The position numbers were made by a program, and so were the translations under genes. From Balanoglossus misakiensis (lineage: Eukaryota > Animalia > Hemichordata), in contig CM082583.2 in assembly GCA_040954595.2 (NCBI GenBank), forward strand, positions 13,614,391 through 13,678,390: a DNA stretch of 64,000 bases, written 5' to 3'. The notes under the pieces were generated by a model. The model was not told the origin of the DNA. It did no database searches and worked only from the letters and a program-made list of their open reading frames with translations. Shown here one piece after another: positions 55,701-64,000 of this stretch. Each line of letters opens with the position of its first letter. The stretch's first letter is position 1.

Positions 55701-58700
55701 AATCGACCCATTAATTATTATACACTCATTATACATGATTACTCCCAATAAATACACCTAGACAGGCATCGATGTTGCAATCCCTGGCATGGTTGGGTTG
55801 GGATTTGATAACTGGTTGAGCAAGGAGATGGAAAAACACACTTGTATATACCGGTATAAATGCTGAAGGAATTACATCCAGTATACATATTGTCTTGCTA
55901 ATTATTACTGGATTTGTTTTGGTTTTAGGTTAGGAAGAGGGATCTAGACGAGGCAGCTCACAATGCAGCTAAAGCCACTGAAGAGTTATCTAGTCATGAT
56001 GGTTAGTGTGTTTGGTTGGGATTCCTTTAAAACAAAGCATTTTTATCACATAAAATTAACATAACCTCCTCGCTAAATGTATCCTTTGTATAAAATTGTC
56101 AACATTCAGTGAAAAGGGTTATAGAAAACACCCCTTTTAATATATAAATGTAATATGGCGTCAACTTAGATGTCTCTTGCCAAGTTCATCACATTCAGGA
56201 CTTGCTCATCTGATAAGCTGATTGACTTACCACTGGTGTCTGCCTGCCTGTTGTCCACCAAGAATTGACCTGTCACCTGAGGCATGTAACTGTTAACATT
56301 GGTGAATATGTACTTCTTGCTACGATTGATCATATGCATACATACGATGTATGCAAGTTATCTTGTTTTCTATTTTTGTTCTAGGGGAGGACGAGTTGGA
56401 CTCACCTTTACCTCTGATAGACAGACCCATAACAGAAGCTAGTTGTCATAGAATCACAACAAATTCAAATGGATTTGTGAGAACTGTAGCAACACATGCT
56501 TGTGAGTAATTAGTTCAGGCAAAAACATCAACAAAAAATCTAATATTAAAACACCCACATATATAGTTGTAAACTTCCAAAGCAAATGCCAACCCAGGGT
56601 ACAAAGGCTGCATAATAATGAATATACCTTCTGTTCAGACATAGTTTCACCTTGGACAGCTGAATGTTAATATTTTCAAGAAAGTATGGTAATGCACAAT
56701 TTCTTCTGATTCTGTAGTTTTCCTCTCTTCTACATGTAAATTGATCTGTATCAATAAAAAGCTCATACTTTTGGTAGAGGGTGGGTGGACACGAGTCATA
56801 TATCTTTTGATAATAAAACTTATTCAAATAAAGAAAACTGAAAATATAAAAATAAAAACACCACATAAACAAGCCCGGACTTTCTGAAATATACTTTTTA
56901 GTCCCCCTTCAGTTCACATTCAGATTTGGTTAGTGAGTTATATCTACAGTGTATCAGTTTTCACCATGGTGAACATATATTGCACCCAAGCTTAATGTTT
57001 GCACTTCAGTAACGAAGTTGCATTCAGCAGATTGTTGTGGTATATCGCATTCCCCTGGAGACTTTGCTGGGTAACTAGTAACATTGTTAAGTGAATTAAG
57101 GCTGCAATAGCTGTAATTAATTCCTACAGTTTGTTTGCATACCCCACTGGATGTATGGAACCATGGGTATAGCTAAGTTCGAAAGCACCATGGGTTTAGC
57201 TAAATTCAAAAGCAGACAGAATTGTTTTTAAAGTAGGAGTTTTGCATGAGGGAGCAAAGGGAACAAGGTGGGAGGGTGGTGTGGTTTAAATAACAATTTC
57301 ACTCCCACAAATTAATCTACAGTACTTTGACTGAGGTGGTATTGTTGCATTCAAAAGGTGTAGCTTCAGCACTGACACCCACTTGCTATTGTAATCAGAT
57401 GCATGGGCAGCATAGCGGAGGAGAGAATTAATACACTGTGTATTTTATGTGCATTTGCAGCGATGCCTTTCACCAATGCTTATAACTCTGTCCTGAGACC
57501 AGTCCAGTTTATTCAGAGAGTGCCCCAAACTCATATGTTCATCATGTTTGCATCTGTCTTGTAAGTATTGTCATATTAACATTTATGATTTAACAATCTT
57601 GAAGTAGCCATTTGACTCTGCAGTATGTTCTATTTTCAGGAAATGTAAGAGTTTGGTGAAATTTTATTTTAAATCTTTGCAAAAATAGTATTCATTTAGA
57701 CTAAATATCTAACATACATGTACTTATGTGCATGCATGTAATCACTGTGCATGCACCCTATACTGCATGTTGTTAGCTACATGTATAGACATTATGCTTC
57801 AGTAACTTTTTCACTAAATTTGACAGGATGAGGACTGGTGCAACAAATAACTCCTGTGTACTATGGGTTTTTATCATAAACATTGTAGTCTGAGATAGAG
57901 ATCATTGATTGGTACTGTACAGTAGCATCTCTTCACGAAACTGAAATCATGAATTATAAATGGCTTATAGATTGCTTTGAACATTTGTTTATAGGTGTAC
58001 TACAAGTACTTATAGAACTTTAAGATTTGTTTTTCATTTTGTGTGGATAAATATTCCATTTTTTCAATACCTTACAAAGTACAGACATTATCTGTCAGTC
58101 TGTCAACCTGTCCATCCATCCATCCATCCATCCATCCATCCATCCAATCTGTCTTCGTCTGGTCATGTCCAGCACATAGAGGGGTTGATCAAATTGATGA
58201 ATTAATGAATGCAATATCAAATGAATGTATGAGTCATCTATGCTATTTTTTCTCTGTAGAGCAATCTTTCTTGTGGCATCGTCAGTGTTGTTTTCATATA
58301 GAATACTGCAGTTACAACCTATTTTTGAGACAAAACCAGATGCAGTATGGATAATGGAAAAGCAGCATGCAGATCATTTGTAAGTTTTACACAATTTATT
58401 CCTAACCTCTTAGCACCATGATTGAATGTAAATCTTAAATGTGTTATTTAATTTTGTAAATAGCTGAAACTAAGGTTCTTACAGTGGGTATTTATCATTA
58501 CAAGTACATGTGCTTTGTGTAACATACGAAATCCAATAATGTTATTGCAGAAATTTGAATTACTGTAAATAGTAGGAAAGGGTAAGTCATGTCACAATAT
58601 AATTTGCTAATATTTGAAGTAAGTTTCTGGTAAAATGATGGACGATCAAGTAAAAAGGATCATCAAATTGACAAGCCTGTTATGTTATTTATTGATCTTG

Positions 58701-59986
58701 GTTGCCCGGTCTGCTCTTGGCTTGGGGTTGAATTGAATGTTAGGCTATTTACTTTACAGAAGTCAAGCATACAGTGATTCCTATCTGCTGAAACATCGAG
58801 TGCACAGTGCTGCTGTTGAACAGATACATGCAACACTTAGAGCAAACTTGGAAACACTATCACAGGTCAGTGAGCAAGTGTTGCTTGATACTTATTCCTA
58901 TTATCAGTCTCAAGTCCCATGAAATTAGGCCAAATTTTATGATGACCTCTCATTGACTATGATGTTGACTGCACGTCTAGAACATCATCTACTCCTTTAC
59001 TTGTTGTAACATCCAATGCAATATTGGTAAAGTTACCCAACCTTTCCACAAAAGACTCAATGGTCTCCATTCCTACATCAAAACAAATAGAGCCAACAGA
59101 TTACCATATGCTCCACATTTTCAATTACATGGGCATGCTCTCCTCAATAATGCACTGTTGACCACAGTTATATGTCATGTTGCAAATATGAATTTGGTCA
59201 AACAGCTTGAAAATTTTTGGATATATACCTGATACAATGAATCCAAAAGGTATTAATGATTAACTGACTTCAATATAAGATAAAGGTTTTCTCTTTCAAG
59301 TCTTCACCCTTTGAAGAAGTGCCTAGTTTTCTCCCTTTACCAAAGTGCGCATGACCTTTATATATAGCCTTACCAAAATTTAGTGTTTTTGAATTGACTT
59401 ACATTTTTCAGTGTTTTGTCCAGAAAGTGATCAGTTTTTTTTTTTTCCACCATTTTTACTGTCCTGTTTTCGGCTGGTTTGCAAATGAAAAATGCTAATG
59501 CACTCTTGTGGATTGTGATTACATAGGAAATCAATCCACATGAGACCAAAATATCACTGATGAAAAATAGATTAATATGGCAGTTTGGATCAAATGTGGG
59601 AACACAGTGTCTTTGACACTATTGTCCATATATTTGTGTGTATCAAACATATTTCTCAGTGGAAGTTTTCTATTTCTGCTGTTCAAATGTATTCTGCTGT
59701 ATTCTGCTGTTCAAATGTATTCAAATAATTGTCAGATGTTCTATTTTCTTTACCTGTATGTGTGTCATATATTAATGTGACCTCTACTTTCTTTGTATTC
59801 CACAAACTAGTGACTGTCATTATTTCCCTTCAGGTCCATTCTTCGTTGGAAACTTTAAAGCAACAAGCAATCAATCAGCAAACTGAGGAGAAAGTATTTA
59901 GTAAGAAAGCAGAACCAAGAGTTGAACTTTTGCGCCAGGATGAACATGTGGAAACTAACAATGGAAAACAAATATCAGGCTTTTGA
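43701..59986 (+). CDS. GRAMD2: GRAM domain-containing protein 2-like (GRAM + TM + C-terminal coiled coil, no VASt domain seen)
   Basis: Common exons start at 50224, 50746, 51144, 51637, 52026, 52613, 53763, 54648, 55929, 56385, 57461, 58260, 58760 and 59834 (stop at 59986). GRAM: HFHKLFKDIPLEE...YTCALLKGTILLQGRLYVARNWFCFHSNIFGKETQVIIP...KTAFVVPNAI...VFGSLLSR. TM: MFIMFASVLAIFLVASSVLFSYRI. The N-terminal exon is ambiguous (several candidates). Confidence 0.88.
55362..55385. repeat. Poly-C tract (G-quadruplex-capable on the minus strand)
   Basis: About 24 consecutive C residues in a GRAMD2 intron. Confidence 0.9.
57160..57213. repeat. 27-bp tandem duplication (2 copies)
   Basis: ACCATGGGTATAGCTAAGTTCGAAAGC / ACCATGGGTTTAGCTAAATTCAAAAGC. 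Confidence 0.8.
58111..58147. repeat. (TCCA)n microsatellite
   Basis: About 9 tandem TCCA units. (TG)n tracts also occur near 3240, 23244 and 42758. Confidence 0.9.
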
Positions 59987-62916
59987 AATTCATTAAGAGC
60001 TTTTACCTTGCAAGGAAAGCCTTTGAACCCATGTTCACCATACCTTGCAGTAGGTGTAGAATATTCCTGATAAGAGACAACTTTTTAAATTTGATGAAGG
60101 GTATTGGGTAATCTTCAATAACCCACCTAGGGACATTTACAATGCAATTCATTTCTCTGAAAATCATGGCAAATACCTTTGTTAATGATTTTCATTTTAA
60201 AAAGTTGTAATTTACATAGTTGAATGAAAAATAGCAGCTTCTCGTACTTAAAATAATAATAGGTTATTTGAAGGGGCCTAAAATGAAACTACATAACTGT
60301 ACTTTTTGACGTGGCTTTGATCATCATGGACTGCAATACATTACCTACCAGTAGTTCTGATATTAAGACTGAGCCGTGAAAATGAAAACATAACTATACT
60401 TACAGATCAATTTTGTTCTCATGTGAGTGAAGTGCCTCAACACTGTCCTGTAGTCTTGAAAATTATATCTGGCACCATACCAACAAATGTGAGGGGCATT
60501 TTAGAGGTTATAGTTGCAAATTATGTTGCGTGTTCTGCACTCACAAAAAACTTCTTGAAATTGTCTTTAAAACTTTTGTATGATATTCTTCTGTGTTGTA
60601 CTTAAGAAGAACGCTGCATGTTGCCATAGCAGACAAAACAGACCGCCATAAATTTGAAAAGGATATGAAATTCATGTTGTTGTCCTTGTCCTTGACATCA
60701 ATTTTTATTAATTAACTGGTGAACTATGTGTCTTCTTTTAACCTTTAGTGATAATCAAAAGATTGTCATGAATAACAAGAGGCTGTTTTCAAATGTGTGT
60801 GGATTTATGTATGCTCTTATCAAAGTAAATGGACAGAATGTACTGTCTCTGATGAAGGATTAAATGTGTTATGTAAGACCACACCCAACCTACCAGCCCT
60901 AGACATTTTAGATTTACACTTAAAAAATTGAAACCTAACAATTGTTAGCCTACTTGTTTGACAAGAGTTGTCCTAAGACGAATTATGCTATTCACATCAA
61001 AACATGGTTAAATACTATTACTGACCAGACTACATTACGAGAAAGATTGTGTTAATAAAGGTTACATTTCTATTATTAAAGATGAAAGAAGTTCAGTCCA
61101 CAAAATCTGAATATATGCATGGTACATTTAGATGAAATTAATGTGGTTGTTATTTGTACGTCAGTTGGTTTTAAGTTCATTTTGTCATATTTCTGATTTA
61201 TGTTTCGTGTTCCTTTAGGCTGGTTACCCTGAGGTTATCTGAAAAGTAAAAAAAAGATACATAGTTGAAAAGTGTGCTATAACGAGAATTCAATACAGAA
61301 ATGTCAAATTACTTACTGTGTTTAACAACTTTGTATAGTACATATCAATGATTTTTGATACATGTATCTTGTATTTTTAATTTTCTGCTTATAGCGATGA
61401 AATGTTCTAAGACTTGCTTCTTTTAAATTTCATATTACTCCACACAATTTTAAAACATCAATGTTAAAGAAGTTTTGACCTGTTTTTGTATATGTAGTTA
61501 AAGGGACAAAGTCTCTCTCTCACTGCCCCTTTTTCCATTAATGATGTTTGATACAAGATACCATTTGTGTTATTTTACATGTAGATATAGTGAATCAACG
61601 TTTGACCACACACGACTTCCACCCTGTTTGTAGACACGAGAGTAAAAAACTCGCCAAAATGAATAATCAGTGTTTTACCGTTTATTCGAGCATGAGCTTC
61701 AAGTGTATACATGGACAAGTGTGTGTTGTTGTGTGATGCTGGTAAACGTAAATGTGGTCGCCCACAACCCCGGCCCACAACTCACAGAGCACGGAAAACT
61801 GCAGGTCAGATAAAAAACAATTCTCAGAAATTTAACGTTGCAATGGAATCTGAAATACTCCTTGAGGCTGGAAGCCAACGGTCGGGTCGCAAGTTCCTGG
61901 TCGTGGTAGAGTCTTGTGTGTGTGTGCACGTATATTCAGTGGGTCGAGATCTATAGCACGTTCGCCTACATGTACTCAGATTCATGCTGATGTTTCAAGG
62001 CAGACTTCACACTGTGATTTTACACTTCTTGCCACTGAGACAGGTTCAAAATGGCGGCTAGTTCAAATTACGCTTAGGGCCAGACGTAAACAATGTCATG
62101 GCGTAAAGGACAAAAGCTTGGTTCGTGGTATTCTTCAAGCCATGTGTGGTCATCATATGAGTTACTTATTGATTTGGAGTACATATTTAATGGATTTTGA
62201 TGTGAAAAGAGAGAGACTTTATTCCATTAATTGGAAAGTAGTTTGAATTCTGTAGGACATTCATTTCATTTGTAAATGTAATCAGGTTATTATGCCATTT
62301 TCCTAAACACACCCACCCACTCTTAAATTTGCATTTTTCCTGATTAGTGTTTGCTGATTTACCCGCCGTACATTGATTAGAGTTGATTTCAATTCATATT
62401 TTTCATGCATAGACTAACAAAATTCTGCTTATCATCACCATGGCACTTTGCTCTTCTACTGTAATGATATACTCTGATGAATGAAGGTGCTTTGAGACCT
62501 CCCTGATCTTGATCAACATGTTACAGCAAATTAGACATTTTTGTGGCATAAGCTGCATGTAATCATCTGGTACAATATTTTTGTTTTAATGTATACGTAA
62601 GTAATTGGAAATGTTGTATGATAAAGTGTGAAATATCAGTTCTATTTTTAAAGTTGAACAAATTTGTATTCAAGAGTTTAAATGTAAATACTATCTATGC
62701 AAATGAAATCTTTTAAAGAAGAATCCCAGAGAGTAATTTAAGTTTTGTTGTGGCTGTTATGATAGTCATAAGTTTTTGTTTAATGAAGATCATAAAAGCA
62801 ATGTGAAACTAAATAAAACAACAAAGCTATGGTAAATGTCCTCGATAATTTGATTTCTAGGTTTTGTTATAATTCTGTTTGGATCGCTATATCCCATAAT
62901 TGGTCACCTGAACTGT

Positions 62917-63044
62917 CAATCTGATTAAAATCAGATGTAGGGAACGGCGACTTGGTTTTTTTATGTTGTCGCCTCACACTAGTGTGAGGCGACAACATAA
63001 AAAAACCAAGTCGCCGTTCCCTACATCTGATTTTAATCAGATTG
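62917..63044. mobile_element. Perfect loop-less 128-bp palindrome with a 9-bp TSD
   Basis: 64-bp arms meet at ACT|AGT (62980/62981). CTGAACTGT is duplicated at 62908-62916 and 63045-63053. Termini are CAA...TTG. Confidence 0.93.
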
Positions 63045-63208
63045 CTGAACTGTATGGTAAACTTTGAATTCTTTCTAAAAAAAAAACTTGTACAGTCACT
63101 ATCACATAGGGACATATGTAATCAAGTTTGTTTATAATCCTTGATCCACGTTTGACATTGTGGTTACTGTTGAATTGAGAACTTCTTGGTAATTATAGGG
63201 ACTCGTAT

Positions 63209-63336
63209 TAGTCTCGGTTACCCAGACCCCCCCCCCCCCCCCCTGCTTCTTCCGTTGGGCACTCCAGAAAGAAAAAAAACTCCTCTTTCTGGAGTGCCCA
63301 ACGGAAGAAGCAGAGGGCTCTGGGTAACCGAGACTA
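63209..63336. mobile_element. Internally deleted third copy of the TAGTCTCGGTTACCCAGA family, 10-bp TSD
   Basis: Same termini as 18290-19150, with arms of ~62 bp. GGACTCGTAT is duplicated at 63199-63208 and 63337-63346. The left arm has a poly-C replacement. Confidence 0.92.
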
Positions 63337-63594
63337 GGACTCGTATAAGTACCGGTACTTGTTCGAGTATGCCAAGTCCCCACCACCCAATTCCAAAACA
63401 GAGTGCCCACCCCCACCCGGTTGAAGAAACTGACCAGGCCCTTAACTTCATATTTTTAATAATTTTTTTCAATGTTTACTCAAGTCCGATCTTTAAAGTG
63501 CAATTATTTTCGGAAATGGAAAAATCTCATCTATAACATATTGGAGAACTGATCTCAAAACTATACAAATAGAGTTGCTGAGTTGGTTGCTGCA

Positions 63595-63874
63595 AAGGCT
63601 CGATGTAGTTACTTGCGGCTTCTGGCCGTTGGTGGCGTCCCGTTGCACAGGTGAGACGCTGTGATCACCTAATGCAGCGCTAGCGCGGCATCTAGGGTCG
63701 CGACTTATCGAGGGCCCACTGCACCTGTGCTACGAGCTCATCCACGTGTTTAAACGCAAATAGCGCAGAACGACTCGGACTATCAAAAGAACAACAGCCT
63801 ACATGATTTTGCCTGACAAGCTACGGGAATCTCTACAGACCGGAACACAACATAAAAAACATAGTATCTACCAG
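63595..63874 (+). promoter_or_regulatory. CpG-rich promoter / probable first exon of a downstream gene
   Basis: CpG-rich stretch ending at a strong donor CAG|GTAAGC (63874). A short open frame MILPDKLRESLQTGTQHKKHSIYQ precedes it. Confidence 0.4.
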
Positions 63875-64000
63875 GTAAGCAGCCAGTATTTTCTACAATT
63901 ACCGCTGCACTGTGACTTTTCGACCCTAGTTGGGAAAGGTGAAGAACTCCGTAATAATTTTAGCCAATTTTCGAGAGAGAGTAGTCGGGGTACTTGCTAT

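Overview
AT-rich, intron-rich animal genomic DNA, probably from an invertebrate bilaterian or deuterostome; the taxon is an inference. Most ORFs in the track are exon fragments or noise. Six spliced genes can be assembled by hand. (1) The 3' end of a laminin-alpha-like protein with tandem LG domains (+, to 8474), with a truncated LINE in one intron. (2) KRTCAP2 (+), with a GT-AG U12-type intron. (3) NUDT12 (+). (4) Importin-11 (+), with an AT-AC U12-type intron. (5) A multi-exon gene on the minus strand that I cannot identify (~35.9-40.4 kb). (6) A GRAMD2-like GRAM + TM gene (+) that appears to have several alternative phase-2 first exons. The most striking non-genic structure is a set of young fold-back, non-autonomous DNA elements with 9-10 bp target-site duplications (TSDs). 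One 426-bp TAG...CTA element is inserted into an almost identical copy of itself, which in turn sits on the TSD of an older fold-back. There is also a third, internally deleted copy, a 109-bp hairpin, and a loop-less perfect 128-bp palindrome. Each copy carries the same variants in both arms. TAG termini with 9-10 bp TSDs fit AcademH-type transposons. TTAA-flanked MITEs, SINE remnants and a CR1 3' fragment are also present. All coordinates were read by eye.
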